Positions 51,880-62,429 of a stretch of 64,000 nucleotides of DNA are shown here, one piece after another. The stretch lies in contig JASLDF010000129.1 of assembly GCA_030151635.1 (NCBI GenBank), forward strand, positions 3,992 through 67,991, written 5' to 3'. A model generated the notes under the pieces. That model had not been told where the DNA came from. It was given only the letters and a program-made list of their open reading frames with translations, and did not search any database. The position numbers were made by a program, and so were the translations under genes. Numbering within the stretch: the stretch's first letter is position 1; each line of letters begins with the position of its first letter. Origin of the DNA: Bacteroides sp. Lineage in GTDB: Bacteria > Bacteroidota > Bacteroidia > Bacteroidales > Bacteroidaceae.

Positions 51880-53241
51880 CTATGCTAGAATTTTAATGAC
51901 TTCATCAAACGAAATCATTTGTTGGTCACCAGTTTCCATATTTTTAAGTGTCACTTTGTTTTCATTAATTTCAGTGTCACCTACCATTATAACGTATTCA
52001 ATATTTTTATTATTCGCATAGGTCATCTGTTTCTTCATTTTGGCTTCCTCTGGATATATTTCTGCTCTGATACCAGCTTTTCGTGCTGCTGATAATAGTT
52101 TTAAGCAATACTTTGATTCATTTTCTCCAAAGTTTATGAATAACAATTGAGTGCTTAACAAACTATCTTTTGGGTATAATTCAAGCTGATTAAGCACATC
52201 AAAAATACGATCTGCACCAAAAGAAATACCTACTCCCGATACGTCTTTAAGACCAAATACGCCTGTTAAGTTATCATAACGACCACCACCGGTAATACTG
52301 CCTATTTCTACATCTAAAGCTTTCACTTCAAAAATAGCACCTGTGTAATAGTCAAGACCTCTAGCCAAGGTTAAATCTAACTCTAGGTCGTTTTTAATAT
52401 CTAGATCTTGCAAAGTTGTAAGAATATATTCACTTTCTTGAATACCCAACATCCCAATTTCACTACTTGCCAATACTTCTTTCAACGTATTTAGCTTATC
52501 AAAATTAGACCCCTCTAGTTTAATAATTGGCTGAAGTTTATTAATTGCCTCATCAGAAATTCCTTTTGAAGCCAATTCTAAATTTACATTATCTAAACCA
52601 ATCTTATCTAACTTATCAATAGCAACTGTAATATCTACTATTTTATCGGCTTCACCAATTACTTCAGCAATACCCGATAAAATTTTACGGTTGTTCAATT
52701 TAATTGAAACACGAACACCGAATTTAGTAAACACCGTGTCCATAATTTCAACCAGCTCAACTTCATTCAATAAAGAATCGCTTCCTACGACATCGCCATC
52801 ACATTGGAAAAACTCACGATATCTTCCTTTTTGAGGCCTATCAGCTCTCCAAACAGGTTGAATTTGGAAACGTTTAAATGGGAAATTTATTTCATTTCTA
52901 TGCATTACAACATAGCGTGCAAAAGGAACTGTTAAATCATAGCGCAATCCTTTTTCACAAAACTTACTTGCCAGTTTCTGAGCATCTCTTGTCAATAACT
53001 CTTCATCAGAAATCTTAGAAAAGTAATCGCCTGAGTTTTGTATTTTAAATAATAGTTTATCTCCTTCATCACCATATTTACCCATCAAGGTAGATAGGTT
53101 TTCCATTGCAGGAGTCTCTATCTGTTCATAGCCATATAGATGATATACGTTGCGAATTGTATCAAAGATATAATTACGTTTCGCCATCTCAATAGGCGAG
53201 AAATCTCTAGTCCCTTTTGGTATACCTGGTTTTGCTGCCAT
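51880..53241 (-). CDS. hisS: Histidine--tRNA ligase
   Basis: [47 protein letters not shown]. Confidence 0.99.
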   Translation of the reverse strand: MAAKPGIPKGTRDFSPIEMAKRNYIFDTIRNVYHLYGYEQIETPAMENLSTLMGKYGDEGDKLLFKIQNSGDYFSKISDEELLTRDAQKLASKFCEKGLRYDLTVPFARYVVMHRNEINFPFKRFQIQPVWRADRPQKGRYREFFQCDGDVVGSDSLLNEVELVEIMDTVFTKFGVRVSIKLNNRKILSGIAEVIGEADKIVDITVAIDKLDKIGLDNVNLELASKGISDEAINKLQPIIKLEGSNFDKLNTLKEVLASSEIGMLGIQESEYILTTLQDLDIKNDLELDLTLARGLDYYTGAIFEVKALDVEIGSITGGGRYDNLTGVFGLKDVSGVGISFGADRIFDVLNQLELYPKDSLLSTQLLFINFGENESKYCLKLLSAARKAGIRAEIYPEEAKMKKQMTYANNKNIEYVIMVGDTEINENKVTLKNMETGDQQMISFDEVIKILA

Positions 53242-53265
53242 AATTCTTTTTTATTTTTAGAACTA

Positions 53266-53273
53266 CAAATTTA
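53266..53273 (-). promoter_or_regulatory. -7 promoter element for hisS
   Basis: TAAATTTG on the minus strand. Confidence 0.55.
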
Positions 53274-53355
53274 ATCGAAATAATTGATAAAAGCACATTT
53301 AATAAGATTCCAATTAAAATAGAATCAAAAACAAAATGTCAAAATCATTAAATAG

Positions 53356-53385
53356 AAAAAGAGGGAATACATTATATTCCCCCTC
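53356..53385 (-). terminator. Terminator of the zinc peptidase gene
   Basis: AAAAAGAGGGAATA...TATTCCCCCTC stem with a T-tract on the minus strand. Confidence 0.6.
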
Positions 53386-53411
53386 CTCATATCTATAGTA
53401 ATTATTATTTC

Positions 53412-54104
53412 TTAATCTCTTCTACCTACGAAAATCATAATATAGTAAATCAATGTAGCTAATGAACCCAAAGCTGCAACTACATAAGTGTAGGCTGCCG
53501 ATTTTAAAGCACTAGTAGCATAGTCTTGTGTATGATTATCAGTAATACCGGCGCCTCTTAACCAAACTAGAGCTCTTTTACTAGCATCAATCTCAACAGG
53601 CAAGGTAATGAAGCTAAACAGTGTAGTAAAACCAAACAATGCAATACCTAAGCCCAAAATAGCAGGAAACATCTCAATGGTTAAAACCCCAACTAATAAT
53701 ACCCACATTACCCAATTTGAAGAGAATGCAACCACTGGCACCAATTTACTTCTTAGCGTTAACGGCGCATAAGCTTTAGCGTGTTGAACAGCATGTCCAC
53801 ATTCGTGTGCTGCAACAGCAGCAGCCATCACACTGTCACTTTGATAAACACCATCACTCAAGTTAACGGTTTTATCCATAGGATTATAATGATCTGTCAA
53901 ACGTCCAGGAGTACAAATTACTTGAACATCATTGATTCCATTATCTTTTAGCATTTGTCGAGCTACATCTGCTCCAGTCATTCCATGACTGAGCGTTATT
54001 TTAGAATATTTCTCAAATTTTCTTTTCAAATTATATTGAACTACCCAGCTAAGAATTGCGATTCCAATAAAGGTAATCCAAAAAAAGATTTGTGGATTTT
54101 GCAT
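53412..54104 (-). CDS. YugP-type membrane zinc metallopeptidase (Zn_peptidase_2)
   Basis: LTDHYNP, AVAAHECGHAVQH (HExxH), TLPVE.DAS.RA, AA.TYV. Confidence 0.93.
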   Translation of the reverse strand: MQNPQIFFWITFIGIAILSWVVQYNLKRKFEKYSKITLSHGMTGADVARQMLKDNGINDVQVICTPGRLTDHYNPMDKTVNLSDGVYQSDSVMAAAVAAHECGHAVQHAKAYAPLTLRSKLVPVVAFSSNWVMWVLLVGVLTIEMFPAILGLGIALFGFTTLFSFITLPVEIDASKRALVWLRGAGITDNHTQDYATSALKSAAYTYVVAALGSLATLIYYIMIFVGRRD

Positions 54105-54136
54105 ACTAAATATTTTAATGTTTATAACTAATCACT

Positions 54137-54200
54137 AACAAATACTGTGCCCCAATTAAATAACTACATTATATGTCATAATTATATGCCAATAGAGTCA
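54137..54200 (-). promoter_or_regulatory. Putative sigma-54-like promoter with upstream TG(A/G)CA boxes (YugP peptidase)
   Basis: GGGCACAGTATTTGTT (54152-54137), TGACA (54178-54174), TGGCA (54191-54187). Confidence 0.45.
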
Positions 54201-54350
54201 TACTAAAAAAATGGTCACATTAAATTTTATGGGATAAAAATAGTGCTTTATATTAAGATTGCAAGAAATAAAGAGTAGTAGATTCACTTAAATATAGCTA
54301 GTTAACTTAATTTATAGGCCAAGGAATTGTTATTCATTAATTCAGATAAT

Positions 54351-54387
54351 AAAATAGGGGTTGTTAGAATCATCCAACAACCCCTAT
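54351..54387 (-). terminator. Terminator of purA
   Basis: AAAATAGGGGTTGTT...AACAACCCCTAT. Confidence 0.8.
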
Positions 54388-54407
54388 AACAATTTATATT
54401 ATATCAA

Positions 54408-55667
54408 CTATCTTTCAATTGTTTGATCTCTATCAGGACCAACAGAAACAATTGAAATAGGTACTTCAAGCTCTCTTTCTAAAAAGTCAACATAAGCATT
54501 AAACTCTTCAGGAAACTCATCTTCCGATGTCATTTTTGTCATATCAGTCTTCCATCCTGGAATTTCAACATAGACAGGTTTCACGCCTTCAGTAATATCA
54601 TAAGGCATGTAATCAAATTCTTGACCATTTATTTCGTAGGCAACGCAAGCTTTAATAGACTCAAATGAATCTAGAACATCACTTTTCATCATGATTAGTT
54701 TAGTCACTCCATTCACCATTACAGCATATTTAAGTGCTACTAAATCAATCCAACCACAACGACGTTTACGACCTGTTACAGCTCCGAATTCGCCACCAAT
54801 CTGACCAATTTTATCACCTACTTCGTCAAATAGTTCAGTTGGGAAAGGTCCTTCACCTACACGAGTACAATATGCTTTGAAGATACCAAAGACTTCACCA
54901 ATGCGATTAGGAGCAATGCCCAAACCTGTACATGCACCAGCACAAACCGTATTCGATGAAGTTACAAAAGGGTAAGAACCAAAGTCAATATCCAACATCG
55001 TACCTTGAGCACCTTCACAAAGCACACTTTTTTCGTCTTTCAGATAATTATTGATTTCGTTCTCGCTATCAATAAAAGTAAATTCTTTTAAATATTCAAT
55101 AGCAACAAACCAATCTTTCTCCAATTGAGATAGGTCGTACGAGAAGTCTAAACCTTTAAGAATTGTCTCATGTTTATGCTTCAACGTATCGTATTTATAT
55201 TGAAAGTTATGATCAATATCACCCACACGTAACCCGTTACGACTGACTTTATCCGTATATGTTGGTCCAATCCCTTTACCTGTAGTTCCAACCTTTGCGT
55301 CTCCTTTTGCAGCTTCGTAAGCAGCATCTAAAATTCGATGTGTTGGTAAAATAAGATGCGTCTTCTTAGAAATATGAAGTCTATCTTTTAAATTGTGTCC
55401 AGCAGCTTCTAAATCTTTAGCTTCTGCCATAAATAAAGCTGGATCTAAGACAACACCATTCCCGATAATATTAACCTTGTCACCTTGGAAAATACCGGAA
55501 GGAATAGAGCGTAATACATACTTTTTACCTTCAAACTTCAATGTATGACCTGCATTAGGACCACCTTGAAAGCGTGCTACAACGTCGTACTTAGGAGTAA
55601 GAACATCTACGATCTTACCTTTACCTTCATCTCCCCATTGTAACCCTAGTAATACATCTACTTTCAT
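54408..55667 (-). CDS. purA: Adenylosuccinate synthase
   Basis: GLQWGDEGKGK, GGPNAGHT, GTTGKGIGPTY, EGAQG, TGRKRRCGW. Confidence 0.99.
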   Translation of the reverse strand: MKVDVLLGLQWGDEGKGKIVDVLTPKYDVVARFQGGPNAGHTLKFEGKKYVLRSIPSGIFQGDKVNIIGNGVVLDPALFMAEAKDLEAAGHNLKDRLHISKKTHLILPTHRILDAAYEAAKGDAKVGTTGKGIGPTYTDKVSRNGLRVGDIDHNFQYKYDTLKHKHETILKGLDFSYDLSQLEKDWFVAIEYLKEFTFIDSENEINNYLKDEKSVLCEGAQGTMLDIDFGSYPFVTSSNTVCAGACTGLGIAPNRIGEVFGIFKAYCTRVGEGPFPTELFDEVGDKIGQIGGEFGAVTGRKRRCGWIDLVALKYAVMVNGVTKLIMMKSDVLDSFESIKACVAYEINGQEFDYMPYDITEGVKPVYVEIPGWKTDMTKMTSEDEFPEEFNAYVDFLERELEVPISIVSVGPDRDQTIER

Positions 55668-55673
55668 TTTCTT

Positions 55674-56153
55674 TTAATGTTGTTTATTGTTGTGACTCTG
55701 TGCCTTGCTAGCACAATCTTTACATACACCATATAAATAGAGAGAGTAGTGAGTCAAATTAAAATCATCTTGCTTGGTGTCCTCAATAGCCACTTGCAAT
55801 TTATCGCTTTTAAATTCGGTTATTTTACCACACTCCGTGCAAATTTGGTGGTGATGCGTCTCTCTATTGTAACTTCGCTCGTATTGTGAAGTATTGCCAA
55901 ACTGATGTTTGATGATTAAACGAGCATCTAATAATAAGATTATTGTATTGTACAATGTGGCACGACTCACACTGTATTTATGCTCTTTATGCATTAAGCC
56001 ATAGAGCATATCAATATCAAAATGCCCATCTATCGAGTATATGGTGTCAAGTATAGCATAGCGTTCAGGCGTTTTACGGTGTTTATTTACATTCAAATAT
56101 TCCGTAAATATCTGTCTAACTACATCCTTAATATTTTGTTTATCCATATCCAT
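55674..56153 (-). CDS. Fur-family transcriptional regulator
   Basis: RKTPER, VSRATLYNT, HHHQICTECG, CKDC. Confidence 0.93.
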   Translation of the reverse strand: MDMDKQNIKDVVRQIFTEYLNVNKHRKTPERYAILDTIYSIDGHFDIDMLYGLMHKEHKYSVSRATLYNTIILLLDARLIIKHQFGNTSQYERSYNRETHHHQICTECGKITEFKSDKLQVAIEDTKQDDFNLTHYSLYLYGVCKDCASKAQSHNNKQH

Positions 56154-56172
56154 ATAGGCAATGTTCCTTACA

Positions 56173-56180
56173 CAAAGGTA
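56173..56180 (-). promoter_or_regulatory. -7 promoter element for fur-purA
   Basis: TACCTTTG on the minus strand. Confidence 0.55.
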
Positions 56181-56215
56181 AGTATTTTCACTAGTAAAAT
56201 AAAGAAATTCATCTT

Positions 56216-56887
56216 TTATAGATAGCTTGCTTCTTCTGAAACTGCACAGAAGAATGTCTTTCCAAATTCATTATTAGAATCTTCCAATGGCTCTAATGAT
56301 GCCAGAATCAAATTCTTTGAATCTTCACCTTGCTCCATAAAGCTGATCGCCGCTAACTTAGCAGCATGTCTCAATTGAAAATTGTCCGATTGAGCAGCTA
56401 CAGCCAATTGGTTTGCAAACTCTTCGGCAGCTCTTCCATTCATTTCAACTCCCCTTGGTAAAATTCTAGAAATAGTTAAGTAACCTATAGTTTGAATTAG
56501 TGGTTGCTCATTGGCAATCCATACAAAAGACATATTAGGAGCATAAGGCATGTGCTGTAAAAGATTCATGCAAAGCATTTGTGCAATCTCAACATTAGGA
56601 GTCTGTTGCACCCAGATAGCTGCAGTTTCCATGTCAAATTTATCTTTAGGATAAAGCATGGTAGCCAATATTTTACACTCTCTAATATTCTCAATCCACA
56701 ACGATTCTGCAAGAGCAATATCTGGCTCATATTGAATCGCTATCTCTTTTATTCGTGGCATCTCAATACCAAAATTCAGTTTATACTCATCTAAACCTTT
56801 TTGGCGCATACTATGAGACACAGCCCCATTCATAAATGAACGGAACTGTGCCTTTATATTTTTAATTAATTCTGAAGTATTATTCAT
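56216..56887 (-). CDS. DNA alkylation repair (AlkD-like HEAT-repeat) protein
   Basis: MNG.VS.SMR.KG..YK.NFG...P.I...A, LA..LW....RE.KILA pattern. Confidence 0.8.
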   Translation of the reverse strand: MNNTSELIKNIKAQFRSFMNGAVSHSMRQKGLDEYKLNFGIEMPRIKEIAIQYEPDIALAESLWIENIRECKILATMLYPKDKFDMETAAIWVQQTPNVEIAQMLCMNLLQHMPYAPNMSFVWIANEQPLIQTIGYLTISRILPRGVEMNGRAAEEFANQLAVAAQSDNFQLRHAAKLAAISFMEQGEDSKNLILASLEPLEDSNNEFGKTFFCAVSEEASYL

Positions 56888-56896
56888 TATCTAAAA

Positions 56897-58942
56897 TTAG
56901 TTATTCACTGATGGTAAAAATGAATAATCAGTTGAGTAACGTAACATTTGGTCTGCATAACCTTCAGTATAAGATACTACAACATCAGTAATTTCTCCTT
57001 TATCATTTGTTTTAGCTGTGTAAACTGGGTTTACAAAACCTTTATAAGGTGCTAAATTTAGAGCCTCAAAACGAGTCAAGATTTCTTCATGAAGTTTTGG
57101 GTCAACTTGAACTGCATATTGTTCTACAATATTTTTTGCTCCTTCAAAATCTCCAGTAGAACGAATACGTTGAATCTCTGCAAGTAAATCACCAAACAAA
57201 GTTCTTAGTTTGTTGTAATCATTAACAACTACATAAGTCTTGCCATTATCTTTCTTGACTAGTTCAACAACATTATCAGCTTTACCCTTTTCGAAAACCC
57301 ATTTTGCAATCAGTTGACGATTTCTCATGTGAGCTTCTTCTACAATATTACCCAATTCGATACGATTCAATTGAGTCATCAAACCATTCATCAAATAACT
57401 ATAATATGCAGCTTTGAAAGCATCATCATTAGGTAATAAGCCTAACTCAACTAACTTATGATCTCCTAAATAATATAGACCAAACAAGTCAGCACGTGCT
57501 TCTTCAATCGTCGAACCATAAGCTTCTAAAGCATCTTCTCTGCCAGGCATAACTATACCCGACGCATGGCCCAAACACTCATGCAAATCAGTATGTAACT
57601 CATCAGTATAGTCAGCATACTTATCAATCAAATCAAGTTCTACTTTTGAATAAACAAACTCTTCATTCAAGCCATTACCGTGAGATGCTTTGTTATAGGC
57701 ATCAGTAATATTACCAATTGTAACAGATTTTGAGCCGTGCTCACTTCTAATCCAGTTTGCATTTGGTAAGTTAATTCCAATAGCAGTTGCAGGATATAAA
57801 TCACCCGCAAGGATTGCAGCAGTAATAACTTTTGCAGATACACCCTTTACGTTTTTCTTCTTGAATTTATCTTCAGCAGGAGAATTGTCTTCAAACCACT
57901 GTGCATTTGAGCTAATGATATCTGTACGTTTTGTAGCCTCAAAATCTTTGAAGTTCACCAATGATTCCCAACTAGATTTCATGCCTAGAGGATCACCATA
58001 CGATTCTGTAAATCCGTTTACAAAATCAACAGTCGAGTCTAAATCTTTAACCCATTGAATACAGTATTCATTGAAGTCTCTTAAATTACCAGTCTCATAG
58101 AAAGTAATTAACTTAGTAATTACACCTCTTTGAGTATCATTTTCAGCAACTTTAGAAGCTTCGTTTAACCAAAATACAATTGGCGTAAGTGCTTCAGAAT
58201 ACAAACCTCCAATTTTCCAGACCTTCTCCTTAACCACCCCATTCTCTTTAACCAAGCGGCTATTCATTCCATAAGGTATTGGAGCGTTGTCGTTAGGGTC
58301 TCTCATTTTATTATAGAAATCCTTTGCTTCCTGACCAGTAACACCATCATAATAGTTTGCAGCCGAAGTTACAACCAAATCATCGCCAGCTGCTTGGTTG
58401 ACACGTTTAGGCATTACAGTAGGGTCAAACATGACAGGAGCAATAATTCCATAAAAATCATCAATAGACTGACCTTCAACTAAAGGTAATTTTGCTTCCG
58501 CTCTACCCAATGCTTCCTTAAAATAAGTTTTTGAAAACTCTGGTTGGAATTTTTCCATTCCGTAATGATGATGAATACCATTAGCAAACCAAACACGCTT
58601 AAGATAAACCTCTAGTTTTTTAAACTCATCTGATTCTTTATTTTCATTAGGATTCGTATAAATAGCTTCCAAAGCTCTACGAATTCTCAAATTATATTTT
58701 CCATTTTGATCGAACAAGATATCTCTACCCGATAATGCGGCTTGTGTCAAGTAATAAACAAGCTGTTTTTGTTGAAGAGGCAATTCTTCAAAACCAGGCA
58801 CATCGTACCTCAATATCTGTAAATCGGCAAATTTTTCCACTTTATAATCTTTTATATGTTCATCCACATTAGTAGATGTTTTGGAACTGGTACATGCAGC
58901 CAATCCAACTGCTGCAATAGCTATTAATGTGCACTTTTTCAT
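56897..58942 (-). CDS. Dipeptidyl peptidase III (M49), lipoprotein
   Basis: HECLGH hexapeptide zinc motif, EEARAD, GINLPN; lipobox LAAC. Confidence 0.95.
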   Translation of the reverse strand: MKKCTLIAIAAVGLAACTSSKTSTNVDEHIKDYKVEKFADLQILRYDVPGFEELPLQQKQLVYYLTQAALSGRDILFDQNGKYNLRIRRALEAIYTNPNENKESDEFKKLEVYLKRVWFANGIHHHYGMEKFQPEFSKTYFKEALGRAEAKLPLVEGQSIDDFYGIIAPVMFDPTVMPKRVNQAAGDDLVVTSAANYYDGVTGQEAKDFYNKMRDPNDNAPIPYGMNSRLVKENGVVKEKVWKIGGLYSEALTPIVFWLNEASKVAENDTQRGVITKLITFYETGNLRDFNEYCIQWVKDLDSTVDFVNGFTESYGDPLGMKSSWESLVNFKDFEATKRTDIISSNAQWFEDNSPAEDKFKKKNVKGVSAKVITAAILAGDLYPATAIGINLPNANWIRSEHGSKSVTIGNITDAYNKASHGNGLNEEFVYSKVELDLIDKYADYTDELHTDLHECLGHASGIVMPGREDALEAYGSTIEEARADLFGLYYLGDHKLVELGLLPNDDAFKAAYYSYLMNGLMTQLNRIELGNIVEEAHMRNRQLIAKWVFEKGKADNVVELVKKDNGKTYVVVNDYNKLRTLFGDLLAEIQRIRSTGDFEGAKNIVEQYAVQVDPKLHEEILTRFEALNLAPYKGFVNPVYTAKTNDKGEITDVVVSYTEGYADQMLRYSTDYSFLPSVNN

Positions 58943-58972
58943 ATTAATATTTTTTGTTTACTTCCATAAAAA

Positions 58973-59021
58973 TAAGAAGAATTAATTGCATGTAGAAATA
59001 TCACACATTTAATTCTTCTTA
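58973..59021. terminator. AT-rich stem-loop between the AraC and DPP III genes
   Basis: TAAGAAGAATTAA...TTAATTCTTCTTA inverted repeat. Confidence 0.4.
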
Positions 59022-59077
59022 ATGATCTATTTTTCCGATTTATTCGTTTCCTTCTTACATTTTAAATAAAAAATGCC

Positions 59078-59821
59078 CTATTTGTTTTTCTTGGTGATAA
59101 TGATTGGATTGAAAGGTGAAACCTCTTTTTTACGAGTTGGGGTAGGATTATTTTCATCATCAATTTCAACTAAATTCACTTTCCCCTTCCTAATAATAAC
59201 AATCGGATTTGCATTATCATTTTCATTTAATGAAAATAAATGGTCGTCATTAACATCATCTAAAATCATATCTGACTGATAATTTCTTCCTTTCTTAACA
59301 ATAACAATGGGGCTATTCGAAGGAGCGACATTAGGCTGTAATGAAGTATCAACTTCGCCTGACACATTATCCGCAACTTCGACAAAATGCCTGTCACGGT
59401 AAATCTTTGGAGTTTCTTTGACAAATTTCATGAATGCCATGTAAAAACATTGTCTAGTAGTGTAACCTACATATTCTCCAATTTCTTCAATTCTTAAAAA
59501 GTTAAACCTTGGATTACGTAATAATATCATTGCATCTTGTATGCGATAATAGTTTATTAGTTCCGAATAATTAACCCCAAACTTCATCTTTACAACTGCT
59601 GATATATAACGAGTATTAGTTCCTAATTCACTCGCCAACATCTTAGCTGAAAATTCCGAATCCAGGTAACGTTGCTCAATGACAATTGTTTTGTAAATTA
59701 AGTTGAACAACTTATCCATCGTATCAGGGCTAATCTTACCTGCATACTTATTGTTTGTTGTAACATTAAGCAAATTGTGTACACGAGCAGTAGTTTTTTT
59801 GTTAGTAGTTGAATCAGTCAT
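59078..59821 (-). CDS. AraC-family HTH protein with repetitive C-terminal extension
   Basis: Y.D..FSA..LA.ELGTNTRYIS, IN.YRI..A, VGY..RQ.FY.AF.K....TP..YR; start at MTDST. Confidence 0.88.
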   Translation of the reverse strand: MTDSTTNKKTTARVHNLLNVTTNNKYAGKISPDTMDKLFNLIYKTIVIEQRYLDSEFSAKMLASELGTNTRYISAVVKMKFGVNYSELINYYRIQDAMILLRNPRFNFLRIEEIGEYVGYTTRQCFYMAFMKFVKETPKIYRDRHFVEVADNVSGEVDTSLQPNVAPSNSPIVIVKKGRNYQSDMILDDVNDDHLFSLNENDNANPIVIIRKGKVNLVEIDDENNPTPTRKKEVSPFNPIIITKKNK

Positions 59822-60010
59822 ATCAATACAGATTAGGTTGTTTTTGACTAGTAACTGCTGCACACCTATATGTTTCTTCTTTTATTACAACACAAGAACT
59901 ATCCTTTTGTATCTCAAATATTTACAATTTGTTTAATCTTTAACATTCCTTTAAAATTAGAAATACTTGACAATACATTTCCCACACTAGAAATTTCGAA
60001 TTGAAAAGCG

Positions 60011-60018
60011 TAACTTTG
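60011..60018 (+). promoter_or_regulatory. -7 promoter element for recQ
   Basis: TAACTTTG 23 nt upstream of the ATG. Confidence 0.6.
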
Positions 60019-60041
60019 TCATCTATTAATATAATTAGAAC

Positions 60042-61838
60042 ATGTTACATACACTAAATACGGTTTTTGGCTATAAAAGCTTTAGACCCCTTCAAGAAGA
60101 CATAATTAAAACCATACTAAACAAGAAAAGTTGTTTGGTACTAATGCCCACTGGAGGAGGGAAATCTATTTGCTATCAGTTACCAGCACTATTAATGCCA
60201 GGAATAGCAATCGTAGTATCTCCATTAATTTCATTGATGAAGGATCAAGTTGAAGCTTTAAAATCGAATGGTGTTAAAGTAGCAGCACTCAACAGCAGCA
60301 ACACTGAAACTGAGAATGAATTAATTAGACAACAGTGTAGACGAGGACAATTAAAATTACTCTATATATCTCCTGAAAAATTACTTTCAGAGCTCGACTA
60401 TCTTTTAAAAGAAATTGACATTTCGCTTTTTGCAATTGATGAAGCTCACTGTATTTCTCAATGGGGGCACGACTTTAGACCCGAATACACACAATTAGGG
60501 ATATTGAGGCAATACTTCCCTTCGATTCCCATTATTGCTTTAACTGCGACTGCTGATAAAATAACACGACAGGATATATTAACACAATTAAAACTGGATG
60601 AAAAGAATATTTTTATTTCATCATTCGATAGACCGAACCTTAGCTTGGAGGTCGAAATAGGATATCAGCAAAAAGACAAACATCGATATATCTTAGATTT
60701 CATCAATAATAGACCAGATGAAGCTGGTATTATCTATTGTATGAGCCGAAAAAAAACAGAAACAATAGCTTCCTATCTTGAAAAACAAGGAATTTCTACA
60801 GCTGTTTATCATGCAGGTCTACCCAATTCCGAACGTGAAAATGCTCAAGATGACTTTATCAATGACAGAGTACAAGTTGTTTGTGCCACAATAGCTTTTG
60901 GGATGGGGATTGATAAATCAAATGTCAGATGGGTAATACATTATAACTTACCTAAAAGTATTGAAAGCTATTATCAAGAGATTGGTAGAGCCGGAAGAGA
61001 TGGCATTTCTAGTGATACTGTTTTATTCTACAATGTAGGCGATATCATTTTACTCTCTAAGTTTGCAAACGATAGCAAGCAACAAGATATTAATCTTGAT
61101 AAACTAAATCGAATGCAACAATATGCAGAATCACATATATGCCGTAGAAGAATACTACTTAGCTATTTTGGTGAAGAAAGTAAACACGATTGTAACAACT
61201 GTGATGTCTGCAAAAATCCTCCAAAACGATTTGATGGCACAATTGTAATTCAAAAGGCATTAAGTGCAATTTATAGAACAAACCAAACAGTAAGTAGCAG
61301 AATGCTTATAGACATTCTAAGGGGCTCACTGAACGCCGAACTCACTTCACAAGGATATGATAAAATAAAGACTTTTGGAGCCGGAAGAGACCTTAGCATC
61401 AGGGAATGGAACATCTATTTACTACAGATGTACCAACTTGGTTTATTTGAAATCGAATACAACAATCACAATAGGTTAGTAATTACAGAAGCTGGAAATA
61501 GAATTCTATTTGGACAAGAAAAAGCAGATCTAGTTACAATTGTTGAGAATAAAGATGAATTCAAAACTAAGGAAAAACGAAAATTAAAAGTAGTAGATAC
61601 AGAGAACGAAGATTTAGATCTTTTCGAGTATCTAAGGGTATTAAGAAAAGAATTAGCTAATAAAGAAGGAGTTCCTGCATATATTATTTTATCTGATAAA
61701 GTACTACACTTATTGGCAGCATCACAACCAACAACACTAGAAGCATTTGGTGCTATAAGTGGTATCGGTGAATATAAAAGAGATCGATATGGTAAACTTT
61801 TTATAGCCAGAATAAAGAAACACATCAAAGAGTCTTAA
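60042..61838 (+). CDS. recQ: ATP-dependent DNA helicase RecQ
   Basis: MPTGGGKS.CYQLP, DEAHCISQWGHDFRP, QEIGRAGRDG, RQC Cys cluster, one HRDC domain. Confidence 0.98.
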   Translation: MLHTLNTVFGYKSFRPLQEDIIKTILNKKSCLVLMPTGGGKSICYQLPALLMPGIAIVVSPLISLMKDQVEALKSNGVKVAALNSSNTETENELIRQQCRRGQLKLLYISPEKLLSELDYLLKEIDISLFAIDEAHCISQWGHDFRPEYTQLGILRQYFPSIPIIALTATADKITRQDILTQLKLDEKNIFISSFDRPNLSLEVEIGYQQKDKHRYILDFINNRPDEAGIIYCMSRKKTETIASYLEKQGISTAVYHAGLPNSERENAQDDFINDRVQVVCATIAFGMGIDKSNVRWVIHYNLPKSIESYYQEIGRAGRDGISSDTVLFYNVGDIILLSKFANDSKQQDINLDKLNRMQQYAESHICRRRILLSYFGEESKHDCNNCDVCKNPPKRFDGTIVIQKALSAIYRTNQTVSSRMLIDILRGSLNAELTSQGYDKIKTFGAGRDLSIREWNIYLLQMYQLGLFEIEYNNHNRLVITEAGNRILFGQEKADLVTIVENKDEFKTKEKRKLKVVDTENEDLDLFEYLRVLRKELANKEGVPAYIILSDKVLHLLAASQPTTLEAFGAISGIGEYKRDRYGKLFIARIKKHIKES

Positions 61839-61893
61839 TAATCAAACCATTACATATATATTACATTATTTAACTTAAATAACTGCTGATATA

Positions 61894-61925
61894 TTTGGTG
61901 TGGGAGTACAAAACCTCTATATTTG
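61894..61925 (+). promoter_or_regulatory. Bacteroidetes promoter (-33 TTTG, -7 TATATTTG) of tRNA-fMet
   Basis: TTTG at 61894-61897, 20-nt spacer, TATATTTG at 61918-61925. Confidence 0.75.
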
Positions 61926-61937
61926 CACTCACAATAT

Positions 61938-62010
<73 letters not shown>

Positions 62011-62014
62011 CTAT

Positions 62015-62047
62015 AAGGAATCATACATTGTATGGTTCCTTTTTTTT
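62015..62047 (+). terminator. Terminator after tRNA-fMet
   Basis: AAGGAATCATAC-ATT-GTATGGTTCCTTTTTTTT. Confidence 0.85.
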
Positions 62048-62429
62048 ATATATTAAAATTCCATAGATAATTGGCAACTCAAAACAAGACAATAGTTTTA
62101 GAGTGGTCAGATTCTACATCTATTCATACGATCAAAATCTTCCAATTGCAGAAGTATAGGTACAATCACTACAAAAAACCTTTTTATTATACATTTTAAT
62201 TATTTAGAACTTACAATATTAAAAATAGAAAGTCCAATTTTCAGACATTATTACCCCATTGTTCTTTATTACTGATTAGTTGATAACCAAAAGTATATCA
62301 AACCATAATATGTAATTGATACCTATTAAAGGAAATTTAACAAAAAACGGAATATTAAGTATATATCCTACATTAGCCATTGATTATCAATTAAATAATA
62401 AGAATAATATTTATTATAACTAGGTAAAT

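Noticed and set aside
56897..58942. HECLGH motif as an aberrant zinc site
   Set aside because: It is the known Bacteroides variant of the M49 HExxGH motif.
62076..62106. GTTTTAGAG / CTCAAAAC resembling type II CRISPR repeat ends
   Set aside because: Single occurrence forming a small hairpin; no repeat-spacer periodicity and no cas genes.
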